Under the pieces are notes generated by a model. That model was not told where the DNA came from. It saw nothing but the letters and a program-made list of their open reading frames with translations, and did not search any database. A program made the position numbers and the translations under genes. This document shows positions 31,387 through 40,426 of a DNA stretch of 50,649 nt, one piece after another. This DNA is from an uncultured Eubacteriales bacterium. Lineage in GTDB: Bacteria > Bacillota > Clostridia > Oscillospirales > Ruminococcaceae. The DNA lies in NCBI GenBank assembly GCA_902493155.1, contig CABUOE010000001.1, positions 1 to 50,649 of the forward strand, written 5' to 3'. The number at the start of each line of letters is the position of its first letter. Within the stretch, counting starts at the first letter, position 1.

Positions 31387-31471
31387 TTGACAGGATTCGA
31401 CAAATGGCTACTCATTGTATATCCATTTTTGACCTAAATTTTATTCAAAATGGAAGAATTTTACAATTTCC

Positions 31472-32176
31472 TTACTGGTCACTCCTAAAGTCCCGGGAAG
31501 ACAAAAGCGCCACCGCCCGTTCAATGGAATCCCGGGAATTTCCCCAGTCGGCATCCTTTTGGGAATTGCGGTAATCAAACATTTTGCAAAAGTGGGAAAC
31601 ATCCCCTAAAACCTCTTCCAGATGTTTATCCGCAAGTGCTGTCGCCTCAGCGATAAACTTCGGCAGCGCCTTCTTCGGCATTTCATCCTCCGCTTTACAG
31701 AGAAGCAATTCCAGATGAGGCAAACAGAGATACTCCTGCTCCGAAAAGAGCTTTTTAAAATCGGCGTCAGCCTGATACTGCCGCAAAACGGTGGTAATCA
31801 TGTTCCCCATGGCCCACTGAATGGTGTCGCAGACATAGCAGGTGTCGTTCACCGTCTTCATCCCGTCTCTTTTTGCCTTTTTGGTTTTGGCCTTTTTCCG
31901 TATATCGCCGTATTTTCCCTTTTTCAGCTCCGCTAAATGACTTTCCAGCATCAAAGCAAGGGAAAGCCGGTTTTTCAGCTTTAACATCATCTTGTAATGA
32001 TCGACGCAGAAACCCTGCTCGTTTGTCCTGATGCGGATGTCCGGCTCCATCATGGCGGTCCCCATGATATAATCGATACACCGCTGTTCCAGCGTATCCC
32101 GCAGCCGGCAGAGCGGACAGCCGCACCGGGGCTCAAACACCTCGCTGACCGGTATGGTGTAGATGCTTTCTTTCAT
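31472..32176 (-). CDS. DUF6062-like Cys/His-rich protein
   Basis: Repeated CxxC/CxxH pairs (CPLC, GFCVDH, CYVC, CLPH), KMFDYRN; start ATG 32176 after GGAGA. Confidence 0.75.
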   Translation of the reverse strand: MKESIYTIPVSEVFEPRCGCPLCRLRDTLEQRCIDYIMGTAMMEPDIRIRTNEQGFCVDHYKMMLKLKNRLSLALMLESHLAELKKGKYGDIRKKAKTKKAKRDGMKTVNDTCYVCDTIQWAMGNMITTVLRQYQADADFKKLFSEQEYLCLPHLELLLCKAEDEMPKKALPKFIAEATALADKHLEEVLGDVSHFCKMFDYRNSQKDADWGNSRDSIERAVALLSSRDFRSDQ

Positions 32177-32290
32177 ATGCGATTCTCCGTTTCTCAAGAA
32201 ATATTGTTTACAAAACAACCGTTTAAAGTATACCATAAAAATGCTATAATGGAAAGAAAAATGAGCATTTTCAAGCGGAAAGGAAAATAC

Positions 32291-33136
32291 ATGACGATTA
32301 CCGAAAAAAACGGCGGCATTCTCGTCCGCCTTCCATATTTGTCATTGGCCGACACCTTGGACTGCGGCCAGTGCTTCCGATGGGAAACAAGCGATAACTG
32401 CACCTTCCGCGGCTGCCACAACGGTCATTTTCTCACCGTCAGCCAGCAAAACACATGCCAGCCCCACGACGAAACGGAAATCTTCTTCCACAACACCACC
32501 CGTGAAGAATTTGAAACCGTCTGGCGCCCCTATTTCGACCTGGACACCGATTACCACGCCATGCAGCAGGTTTTCCGGAACGACCCCACCCTCGCTTTGG
32601 CCTGCGACTACGCCGGAGGCATCCGCATTCTCCGTCAGGACCCCTGGGAGGCTCTCTGCTCTTTTATCATCAGCCAGAACAACAATATTCCCCGCATCAA
32701 AGGCATCATCACAAGACTTTGCGAAACATTTGGTGACCACACCGCAGATGGTACCACATTTCCCCGTCCCGAACGGATCGCCGGACTTTCCCTGGACGAC
32801 CTCTCGTCCCTCCGTGCGGGATTCCGGGCAAAATACATACTGGATGCGGCGCAGAAAATTGCCAATGGGGAAATCGAGCTGTCCACTGTTGCCGCCATGC
32901 CCATCGACGAGGCCCGAAAGGTCCTCCAAACCATCCGTGGCGTCGGTCCCAAGGTGGCGGAATGCGCCCTGCTGTTCGGCTTTTACCGACGAGAGGCCTT
33001 CCCCATCGACACCTGGATTAAGAAGGTATTGAACATCTACTATCCTGACGGCTTCCCCGATTTTGCCGTCCCCGACGGCGGCGTCGCCCAACAGTACCTC
33101 TTTCACTATGTTCGCAACCACCCTCTTCCGGTGTGA
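32291..33136 (+). CDS. 8-oxoguanine DNA glycosylase (OGG/AlkA HhH-GPD family)
   Basis: TLDCGQCFRW, GIRILRQDPWE, SFIISQNNNIPRI, GVGPKVAEC, FPIDTW, AQQYLF. Confidence 0.92.
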   Translation: MTITEKNGGILVRLPYLSLADTLDCGQCFRWETSDNCTFRGCHNGHFLTVSQQNTCQPHDETEIFFHNTTREEFETVWRPYFDLDTDYHAMQQVFRNDPTLALACDYAGGIRILRQDPWEALCSFIISQNNNIPRIKGIITRLCETFGDHTADGTTFPRPERIAGLSLDDLSSLRAGFRAKYILDAAQKIANGEIELSTVAAMPIDEARKVLQTIRGVGPKVAECALLFGFYRREAFPIDTWIKKVLNIYYPDGFPDFAVPDGGVAQQYLFHYVRNHPLPV

Positions 33137-33137
33137 C

Positions 33138-33170
33138 AAAACCTCCGCTAAATTGCACAGCGGAGGTTTT
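33138..33170 (+). terminator. Intrinsic terminator after ogg
   Basis: aaaacctccgct/agcggaggtttt. Confidence 0.75.
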
Positions 33171-33222
33171 ATCATAGTAAATTTTACTCCAGAAATTTCT
33201 AATATAGCAATTTTTTCCCTAA

Positions 33223-33372
33223 TCTCTAACCGTCCGTTTAGATGAACGGCTTCTCGCCAAATTCAGGTATGCGGCAGACTACGAGGACTGCTCCATCAAC
33301 CAGCAAATCATCCACTGGGCATGTATCAGGGAATTTAAAAAACGGGAAGGTATGATCGAGACAGATAACTAA
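33223..33372 (+). pseudogene. Remnant of an Arc/ribbon-helix-helix DNA-binding protein gene with no start codon
   Basis: Frame reads SLTVRLDERLLAKFRYAADYEDCSINQQII...CIREFKKREGMIETDN*, preceded by an in-frame TAA at 33220-33222. Confidence 0.6.
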
Positions 33373-33401
33373 AAAACGGACGGTTAAACCGTCCGTTTTT
33401 T
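33371..33401. terminator. Bidirectional terminator
   Basis: aaaaaacggacggtt/aaccgtccgtttttt. Confidence 0.8.
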
Positions 33402-33407
33402 CTATTT

Positions 33408-34385
33408 TCATCCCACAGCCTCATCAGAGCTGTCCATGTCATAGGAATCGTCCTCAGCCGTCTCAAGCCGTTCAAACCGGGCCTTTTCTTCCATCTCTCC
33501 GGCGGTCATATCCAGATTATACGGTCCGGCTAAATCCATCGAAGCGCTGTATTCCTCTCCATCGTAATTAAAACTTACATGCTCCAGCGGAAGCTCCAAC
33601 ACGTCCACCCGATCCAAAAATTCCTTGCAAGCTGCCGTAAACGCCATCTTTTCAGCGTACTCCCCCCGCAGGCTTACATGGAGGCCCGCCTTATAGTCCT
33701 TATCGTCACGAATCTCCTCATAGGTAGGCAACCGGGAGAGATCCCTGTCATAGACACCGTACCACCCAGCGTACTGGTAGACGTTTACATAAATGCTGTC
33801 GATGGTTTTTAGGTCTTTGGTCGCCTCGTAGATAGAATCCTCCACATCGCTGTGGAGCCGGTTTTCAATCTGCTCCCATCCAACAGTAGCCCGAAACGCC
33901 GTGGGAATCATGGTGCCGATAAGACTTCCGCAAATCAGCAGGAAGCAGACAAACATGCTGAGAAAATCGTATTTCACCTTGCTGCCGTCACTGCGAAAAT
34001 ACCCGACGATCATTTCAATCCCCACCAGAATCAGAATGGCAGGAGAGAATTTCGCGATGGTAGCGACACTGAAGCTGGGTTCAAACAGCGCCCAGATGAG
34101 CAGCGCGCCCACGACGATGAGCACAATACCCAGTGTCACCGTTCCCACCCGGCGGACCTTTTGCTTCGGGATGGAAGTGTTGTCGTAGTTGTGGAAGGTC
34201 TTCCCATTGTCTCCGCTGTCATCCGATTTCTTTGGAGGCGTTTGGGACGGCTCCTCTGTAAAAGTCTCCCGTTCCGGTTCACTGTAATCCGAGGGCCGGC
34301 TCCATTGGCCGGAACCCCCGGCGGAATTCTCCTGAAAATCATCGTTTACCGGTTCCATATCCGGAATTTGTCTGTTGTCGTCCAT
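33408..34385 (-). CDS. Membrane protein with LiaF/DUF5668-like TM region and an extracellular domain (start uncertain: 34385, 34394 or 34454)
   Basis: RRVGTVTLGIVLIVVG...SPAILILVGIE, 3 TM segments, acidic disordered N-terminus; in the ECF operon. Confidence 0.7.
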   Translation of the reverse strand: MDDNRQIPDMEPVNDDFQENSAGGSGQWSRPSDYSEPERETFTEEPSQTPPKKSDDSGDNGKTFHNYDNTSIPKQKVRRVGTVTLGIVLIVVGALLIWALFEPSFSVATIAKFSPAILILVGIEMIVGYFRSDGSKVKYDFLSMFVCFLLICGSLIGTMIPTAFRATVGWEQIENRLHSDVEDSIYEATKDLKTIDSIYVNVYQYAGWYGVYDRDLSRLPTYEEIRDDKDYKAGLHVSLRGEYAEKMAFTAACKEFLDRVDVLELPLEHVSFNYDGEEYSASMDLAGPYNLDMTAGEMEEKARFERLETAEDDSYDMDSSDEAVG

Positions 34386-34477
34386 GTCGATCATTTCCTT
34401 TCCGATGTCGCACCGGTCCTCCCGGCACAGCGGCCCCGTTTTTGGCCGTATCATCTCAGTGAATGGGTAGCTTTACC

Positions 34478-35074
34478 CTATTTCTCCTCATGAGAATGGG
34501 CTTTCCCTTCTCCCATGTAGAATTTCACGTCTTCTTTGCCGTCGGTGTTCTTTTTGTCGCCGATGATAAACTTCACACCCAGAATGATGATGACTGCCGC
34601 GATGAGAACCTGAGGAATCTTGTTGTACAGGTCGTACACCCATCCATTCTGGATATGGAAGACGTCCTCCAGAAAGCTGATAAACTGGTACCCGAAGGCG
34701 CTGTAGATGGTGGCGGCGCCGACTAAAATCAGGCCCCAGCCCAGCCAAAGGTTTTTCTTTTGAAACCAGTCTTTGTGCTTGTTGAGGCTGCTGTCCTCGC
34801 TGAACCACCCGAAAGCCCATTCGTCAGGCGCCCGCTCCAAAGAACCGCTGTCCATGGCGGAAAGGTTTAAGCAGTCGAAAAACGCATAGAACCAGATGAT
34901 GGGAAGGGCGAAAAGCGGCAGGGCAAAGCCCATGCTCCCGCTGACGCCGATGATGCCCCAAAAGAGGATCATGAGGGTGAGCCCCCGTTTCATTTTTCCA
35001 AGATACATGTGTCCCGCTCCGGGCAGGAGTCCAAAAATAATGGCCAAACCCCTGTTTTTCATTGGTAGGATCAT
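34478..35074 (-). CDS. Membrane protein (TM2-like PGAGHMYLG motif)
   Basis: LLPGAGHMYLGKMKRG, IWFYAFFD, several TM segments. Confidence 0.75.
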   Translation of the reverse strand: MILPMKNRGLAIIFGLLPGAGHMYLGKMKRGLTLMILFWGIIGVSGSMGFALPLFALPIIWFYAFFDCLNLSAMDSGSLERAPDEWAFGWFSEDSSLNKHKDWFQKKNLWLGWGLILVGAATIYSAFGYQFISFLEDVFHIQNGWVYDLYNKIPQVLIAAVIIILGVKFIIGDKKNTDGKEDVKFYMGEGKAHSHEEK

Positions 35075-35091
35075 TCCTTTCTATTTAAAAG

Positions 35092-35559
35092 TTATTTTTT
35101 CCCTTTGAGATTGTCCCCTCTCAAGAAGGCGTTAAAGCTGGAAAACATCTGATCGAGGCCTTGATTGGCCCCCTGAAACGCCTGCTGGAGAGAAAATGCC
35201 TTCTGATTGGTCGGCCCGAAGTTGCCCTTATCAGGCTGGACAAAACGAAGCTGAGACGCCCCGCCCACCCAAATTACCAGGGCGAGACATGCGGCGATGG
35301 AAACCCTCGCCGTCCGCGACAGAATAACCATCCGAGCACGATGCTTCAGTTTTTCCATAACTGTAGGCGCGATTTCCTCCCGGGGAACCATCAGGCTGTC
35401 GTCGGTGAGAAAATCGGTGTACCGTTCTACACAGCGGTCGCAAAAATCCAGATGCTCCGCCAGCTCATAGCGGGGCGTTTCATCCAGTTCTTCGCTTATG
35501 AGCATCTGAAAACCACGGTCGGTGATGTGCCCTTCCATATCAAAATATTTTTGCGTCAT
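35092..35559 (-). CDS. Zinc-binding anti-sigma factor (zf-HC2) with single TM
   Basis: H...HLDFCDRC (HxxxCxxC), one TM helix; overlaps the sigma factor stop by 4 bp. Confidence 0.82.
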   Translation of the reverse strand: MTQKYFDMEGHITDRGFQMLISEELDETPRYELAEHLDFCDRCVERYTDFLTDDSLMVPREEIAPTVMEKLKHRARMVILSRTARVSIAACLALVIWVGGASQLRFVQPDKGNFGPTNQKAFSLQQAFQGANQGLDQMFSSFNAFLRGDNLKGKK

Positions 35560-36059
35560 GACAGTCCCTCCTTTATAATTTGCTGAAGCTTGAGCTTCGC
35601 ACGATAAATTTGTGTCTGCACCGTCTTTTTGGGACGATCTAGAATCGCTGTAATCTCTTCCACGGTTTTTTCCTCCAGGAAAAATAATTTCGCCACCTGG
35701 TGATAAGGTTCTTCTAAGTCCAGTATTTTGTCCCGTATGAGCCGCGCCATGTCCTGAGAAATGGCAAGCTGCTCCGCCGAGGAAGAGGTAGAGGAAATTT
35801 TGTTTTCCATTTCGTCAGTGGTGTCCACCTTTCGAAAATAGGCGGATTTTAAATAGTCCTTTGCTTTGTTGGACGCGATTCGCACAAGCCAGGGTTTGTA
35901 GTTGTCGCCCTGGTAGGCGTCGATGTGTTTGTAGGCAGAAAGAAAAGTCTCCTGGGTAAGGTTTTGTGCTTCGTGGTAGTCTTTCACCAGTTGGTAGCAT
36001 ACGGTGAAAACCAGTTTTTCATATTGCTTGACAATTGCTTCGAATTCCCGATCCTTCAT
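35556..36059 (-). CDS. ECF RNA polymerase sigma factor
   Basis: Region 2 AQNLTQETFL...WLVRIASN; region 4 EITAILDRPKKTVQTQIYRAK. Confidence 0.92.
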   Translation of the reverse strand: MKDREFEAIVKQYEKLVFTVCYQLVKDYHEAQNLTQETFLSAYKHIDAYQGDNYKPWLVRIASNKAKDYLKSAYFRKVDTTDEMENKISSTSSSAEQLAISQDMARLIRDKILDLEEPYHQVAKLFFLEEKTVEEITAILDRPKKTVQTQIYRAKLKLQQIIKEGLS

Positions 36060-36317
36060 CCTTCTGCTACCACCACCTTTTTCTTTCCTCTACGCTCATT
36101 AAAACGACGCTGTTTTTCCCATGACTTCAAAGAAAAACATTTTTTAAAATCCTTTTTTAGAAAATTTTTTCAATCGGGATTTGGCAGTAATAGAATACCC
36201 GGTATTTTGCTTCTCTTTTTAAAATTCTACCATAACAAAACAGCTTTTACAAACTTTGCTTTGTCTCCACTGCCTAATCCGCCGCCTTCCAAATTCATCT
36301 CCTTCTTTTTTCCGGGA

Positions 36318-36335
36318 ATAGTTTAAAATTATCTT
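36318..36335 (+). repeat. Left 18-bp inverted repeat bounding the EEP gene
   Basis: ATAGTTTAAAATTATCTT; 17/18 identical to the reverse complement of 37165-37182. Confidence 0.55.
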
Positions 36336-36410
36336 AATTGGGGTTGTGTATGTAATTCTGCACGGTTTTCAGGTTCAAAAATGAAGATATTCTTTTTATT
36401 GACGTTAGTA

Positions 36411-36439
36411 TTGCAAAAGAGTTTCCTTTTCTATACAAT
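36411..36439 (+). promoter_or_regulatory. Putative sigma-A promoter of the EEP gene
   Basis: TTGCAA-17 nt-TACAAT. Confidence 0.5.
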
Positions 36440-36472
36440 ATTGTAGAAGTAACGAAAGTAGGTGGGGTGTGT

Positions 36473-37138
36473 ATGAAAATAATTAGTTGGAATTGTTGCG
36501 GTAAATTTAGGGAGAAGCATTCCATTATCCAGAAGCAAGATGCAGATATTTATGTAATACAGGAATGCGAAAATCCTGAAAAATATAAAAAGCATTTTAT
36601 AGGATTTCTCACTGATTATGTGTGGTGTGGCGAAAAGGATAGCAAGGGATTAGGTATTTTTGTAAAACCCAATGTAAAAATGGAAGCAAATAGTTGGCCA
36701 GTTTATTGTTTGCGCCATTTTATATCCGTTAAGATAAATGATTGTATTGACCTGCTGGGAGTTTGGGCAAGTCCTCCATACATTGAAGAATATTATATAT
36801 ACCAATCAATTAATATTGATAACTATGGCGAAAACACTGTGATAATAGGTGACTTTAACAGTAATGCCATTTGGGACAAAGACCACGGAAAACGAAACCA
36901 TAGTGCTGTTGTCGCAGAATTGAAAACGAAAAATATTGTTTCCGCTTATCACTATGTTACGGGGGAACAAGAAGGACAGGAAACACAAAGTACATTCTAC
37001 TTATACAAACACAGAGATAAAAAATATCATATTGATTATTGTTTTCTTAATCCCTCCCATATTGAAGATTTTCAAATCTTAGGTTCTGAGGAATGGCTAC
37101 AATATTCAGACCATATGCCTATTCAAGTTATAATTTGA
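36473..37138 (+). CDS. Endonuclease/exonuclease/phosphatase (EEP) family protein, AT-rich
   Basis: KIISWN, DIYVIQE, IIGDFN, HIDY, SDHMP catalytic motifs. Confidence 0.9.
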   Translation: MKIISWNCCGKFREKHSIIQKQDADIYVIQECENPEKYKKHFIGFLTDYVWCGEKDSKGLGIFVKPNVKMEANSWPVYCLRHFISVKINDCIDLLGVWASPPYIEEYYIYQSINIDNYGENTVIIGDFNSNAIWDKDHGKRNHSAVVAELKTKNIVSAYHYVTGEQEGQETQSTFYLYKHRDKKYHIDYCFLNPSHIEDFQILGSEEWLQYSDHMPIQVII

Positions 37139-37164
37139 TTGATTATACAGCATTAATGTCCATC

Positions 37165-37182
37165 AAGATAATTTTTAACTAT
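37165..37182 (-). repeat. Right 18-bp inverted repeat bounding the EEP gene
   Basis: AAGATAATTTTTAACTAT; its reverse complement differs from the left copy at one base. Confidence 0.55.
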
Positions 37183-37202
37183 GCAATTTTTCAAGACAAA
37201 AG

Positions 37203-37231
37203 TTGACTAAACAGGGAAATTCATGTAAAAT
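37203..37231 (+). promoter_or_regulatory. Sigma-A promoter of asnS
   Basis: TTGACT-17 nt-TAAAAT. Confidence 0.6.
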
Positions 37232-37318
37232 ATATTAGATATACCATAAAAGAGCCTGCCAATCGAAAGAAGGCTTGAATAAAAGGGGACTTTTCCCCTC
37301 AAGAAAGGACTTAGGTTT

Positions 37319-38713
37319 ATGAAACGGTTGGAACTTGCCGCCCTGCACAGAGATTTTACCGTTTACGCGGCAAAAGAAGTCACCGTCTGCGGGTGGGTCA
37401 AAACAATCCGCGACAGCAAAGCATTGGGATTTATCGAATTAAACGACGGAAGCACCTTTAAGAATTTGCAGGTCGTTTTTGAAGAGAGCAAAATAAATAA
37501 CTTTAAGGAAGTCACCAAGTTTAACGTGGGCTCTGCCATCATCGTCAAAGGCACCGTCGTTTTGACCCCGGAAGCAAAGCAGCCCTATGAAATCCACGCC
37601 ACTGAAATCATACTGGAAGGTGCCTCCACCCCCGATTACCCCCTCCAGAAAAAACGCCACTCCCTGGAATTTCTCCGTTCGATTTCCTATCTGCGTCCCC
37701 GGACCAACACCTTTAATGCCGTGTTCCGCGTCCGGTCGGTGATCGCCTACGCCATCCACAAATTCTTCAACGAGCGCGGCTTTGTCTATGCCCATACCCC
37801 CCTCATCACCGCAAGCGACTGCGAGGGCGCCGGCGAAATGTTTCGGGTCACCACTTTGGACCCCAAAAATCCCCCTCTCACCGAGGACGGCCAGGTGGAC
37901 TTTTCTCAGGATTTCTTCGGAAAGCCCGCAAACCTCACGGTTTCTGGTCAGCTGGAAGCCGAGTGTATGGCCATGGCCTTCGGCAATGTCTACACCTTCG
38001 GCCCCACCTTCCGCGCCGAAAAATCCAACACCACCCGCCATGCGGCGGAGTTCTGGATGGTCGAGCCGGAGATGGCTTTTGCCGATCTGGACGACGACAT
38101 GCGCATCGTCCAAGATATGATGAAATACGTCATCCGCTATGTGCTGGACACCTGTCCCGACGAGATGGCCTTCTTCAACCAGTTCTACGACAAAGAGTTG
38201 ATTGCCCGCCTGGAATCTTTGGTGGAAGCGGATTTTGCCCATGTGACCTATACTGAGGCCATCGAGCTTCTGGAACAGCACAAAGACCAGTTTGAGTATC
38301 CTGTTTTCTGGGGCTGCGATCTGCAGACCGAACACGAGCGGTATCTCACCGAGCAGATTTTCAAAAAACCCGTCTTTGTCACCGATTATCCCCGGGAGAT
38401 CAAAGCCTTCTATATGCGCTTAAACGACGACCAAAAAACCGTCGCCGCCATGGACCTTTTGGTTCCCGGCATCGGCGAAATCGTCGGCGGCAGCCAGCGC
38501 GAGGAACGCCTGGACGTATTGCTGCAGAGCATGGAGTTCTTTAAGCTTGACCCCAAGGATTACTCCTGGTATCTGGACCTTCGGAAATACGGCGGCACCA
38601 AGCACTGCGGCTTTGGCTTAGGCTTTGAGCGCCTTGTCATGTACATGACCGGCGTCTCCAACATCCGGGACGTGCTCCCCTTCCCCAGAACCACCGGTTC
38701 CGCGGAATACTAA
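37319..38713 (+). CDS. asnS: Asparagine--tRNA ligase
   Basis: OB-fold anticodon domain, [40 protein letters not shown]. Confidence 0.97.
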   Translation: MKRLELAALHRDFTVYAAKEVTVCGWVKTIRDSKALGFIELNDGSTFKNLQVVFEESKINNFKEVTKFNVGSAIIVKGTVVLTPEAKQPYEIHATEIILEGASTPDYPLQKKRHSLEFLRSISYLRPRTNTFNAVFRVRSVIAYAIHKFFNERGFVYAHTPLITASDCEGAGEMFRVTTLDPKNPPLTEDGQVDFSQDFFGKPANLTVSGQLEAECMAMAFGNVYTFGPTFRAEKSNTTRHAAEFWMVEPEMAFADLDDDMRIVQDMMKYVIRYVLDTCPDEMAFFNQFYDKELIARLESLVEADFAHVTYTEAIELLEQHKDQFEYPVFWGCDLQTEHERYLTEQIFKKPVFVTDYPREIKAFYMRLNDDQKTVAAMDLLVPGIGEIVGGSQREERLDVLLQSMEFFKLDPKDYSWYLDLRKYGGTKHCGFGLGFERLVMYMTGVSNIRDVLPFPRTTGSAEY

Positions 38714-38737
38714 GAAGCTTTCAGCAGGCGGAACATT

Positions 38738-38786
38738 TGAACAGCCCCAGATTGTGCTGTCCGCACAATCTGGGGCTGTTCATTTT
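38738..38786. terminator. Long hairpin terminator between convergent asnS and ABC-F
   Basis: 20-bp perfect stem tgaacagccccagattgtgc/gcacaatctggggctgttca followed by TTTT. Confidence 0.8.
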
Positions 38787-38806
38787 GCACCGGTGAGGTC
38801 TTTTGT

Positions 38807-40426
38807 TTATGATAGCTTTTTCTTTTGGGCTAAAAGTGCCTGATACTCCGCTTCCAGTTTCTCTTTGTCCGGTGGATTGGGCATGGAGAGCCGGGAAATC
38901 ACCTCCGCAAGCTTCAAGTTCAAAAGCGCTTTTTCCTGATCCATCGCCGACTTGGATTTTTTCTTTGCGGACGCTCTCCCCTCTTCGACTATTTTTTTGC
39001 TTTCGATGCTCCACTTCCGGGTGGCCACTGCGTCACAAAACGCCTTGTCGTGGGAGATGAACAGTACCGTCCCCTCGTATTCCCTCACCATTTCCTGCAA
39101 TACCTCTATGGAGGAAACATCCAGATAGTTTGTCGGTTCGTCCAAAAGCAGAATGTTGCAATCGGAGCCAAACAGCTTGGCGAAACTGAGTTTCACCCGC
39201 TCCCCGCCGCTTAAGACTCCCGCTTTTTTGTAGACGTCGTCCCGCCGGAACAGCAGCCGCGCCAGCATATTGCGCATAGTCTGCTCAGTCTGAACGGCGT
39301 CCGCCATGGTGTTTTCGAGAACGGTTTTCTCAAAGTCCAGTTGGGTGAAATCCTGCCGGAAATACCCGATTTTCCCTTTGGGCGCAATCCGGATCTGCCG
39401 GTCCCTCCCGGCAATCAGCTGGAACAGAGTGGATTTCCCTGCCCCATTTTTGCCGAGTACCGCCGTTTTGCTCCCGCCCAGGACCACAAACGAAGCGTTT
39501 TCAAAAATCACCCGGCGCTCTGCGTCTTCTCCGTAGGCAAAGGAAAGCCCCTCGCTCTCGATAACGATTTTGTTCCGCGGCGGGTCTGTCAGGGAAAAAT
39601 CAAAAGATACCTGCGGCGCGCTCTTGGGCCGCTCCTTGACTTCCAGTTGGCGAATCCGCGATTCCAGCGCTTTGCGGGCGTTGTGAATTTTCTCTTGCTT
39701 TTCCAGCGCCGCCCGCTTGTGAAGCCGCGCTTCGGAATTGCCCATCCGGGAAGGCGCCTTTTTCACCGATCTGGCCTTCTGTTCCCGGTCTGTGAGGGCC
39801 TCAGTGAGTCGCTTTTTCTCCCCCACATACTGCTCGTATTCAAAGAGCTGCCGTTGCCTCATCTGCTCGCTCTGCTCCTTATAGGAGGAATAATTACCAC
39901 TGTAACAGGTAACCGTTCCGTCCTTCACCTCGACGATTGTATCGCAGAGGGTATCCAAAAGCCAGCGGTCGTGGCTGATGAGCACAAAGGTCTCCGTCCT
40001 TCGAAGCTCATCGGATAAAAGCTTCACTCCCTGAGCATCCAGGTTGGAGGCCGGCTCATCTAAAAACAGCACCGGCTTGTTGCCGCCGAAAGTTTTGGCC
40101 AATCGGAGCCGCACGTTTTCGCCGCCGCTCACGGTCTCTCGCCCGTCCAACTGAAGATTCCCGGTAAACCGGCGCTCCCCCTCCGTCTCAGCGGACGCCT
40201 CCCCGAACTGGGCAAAGCAGGCGATTTCACAGTTGCGGTGCACCACGCCTTCATCAGGGGCAAGCTCCCCCGACAAAATGTTCAAAAAGGTCGTCTTTCC
40301 GCTTCCGTTTAAGCCGACGACACCTATATGATCCCCCCGCAAAAGCTTAAAATTTTCGCATTCCAATACCTTGCGATCAGCATAATATTTCACGATATTC
40401 TGTGCTTCCAGTAAAATTTCGGACAT
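38807..40426 (-). CDS. Ribosomal-protection ABC-F ATPase (VgaL/CplR-like antibiotic resistance factor)
   Basis: Two NBDs (GLNGSGKT, GKNGAGKS; SGGE; LDEP), no TM; linker KAPSRMGNSEARLHK; C-terminal extension LAEVISRLSMP; start ATG 40426 after GGAGG. Confidence 0.88.
   Translation of the reverse strand: MSEILLEAQNIVKYYADRKVLECENFKLLRGDHIGVVGLNGSGKTTFLNILSGELAPDEGVVHRNCEIACFAQFGEASAETEGERRFTGNLQLDGRETVSGGENVRLRLAKTFGGNKPVLFLDEPASNLDAQGVKLLSDELRRTETFVLISHDRWLLDTLCDTIVEVKDGTVTCYSGNYSSYKEQSEQMRQRQLFEYEQYVGEKKRLTEALTDREQKARSVKKAPSRMGNSEARLHKRAALEKQEKIHNARKALESRIRQLEVKERPKSAPQVSFDFSLTDPPRNKIVIESEGLSFAYGEDAERRVIFENASFVVLGGSKTAVLGKNGAGKSTLFQLIAGRDRQIRIAPKGKIGYFRQDFTQLDFEKTVLENTMADAVQTEQTMRNMLARLLFRRDDVYKKAGVLSGGERVKLSFAKLFGSDCNILLLDEPTNYLDVSSIEVLQEMVREYEGTVLFISHDKAFCDAVATRKWSIESKKIVEEGRASAKKKSKSAMDQEKALLNLKLAEVISRLSMPNPPDKEKLEAEYQALLAQKKKLS

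Noticed and set aside
31997..32290. 98-aa N-terminal extension of ogg in the ORF track
   Set aside because: Overlaps the divergent DUF6062-like gene; the RBS (AAGGA) and homology point to ATG 32291.
37232..37318. Possible T-box leader for asnS
   Set aside because: The leader is under 90 nt and has no T-box sequence or terminator.
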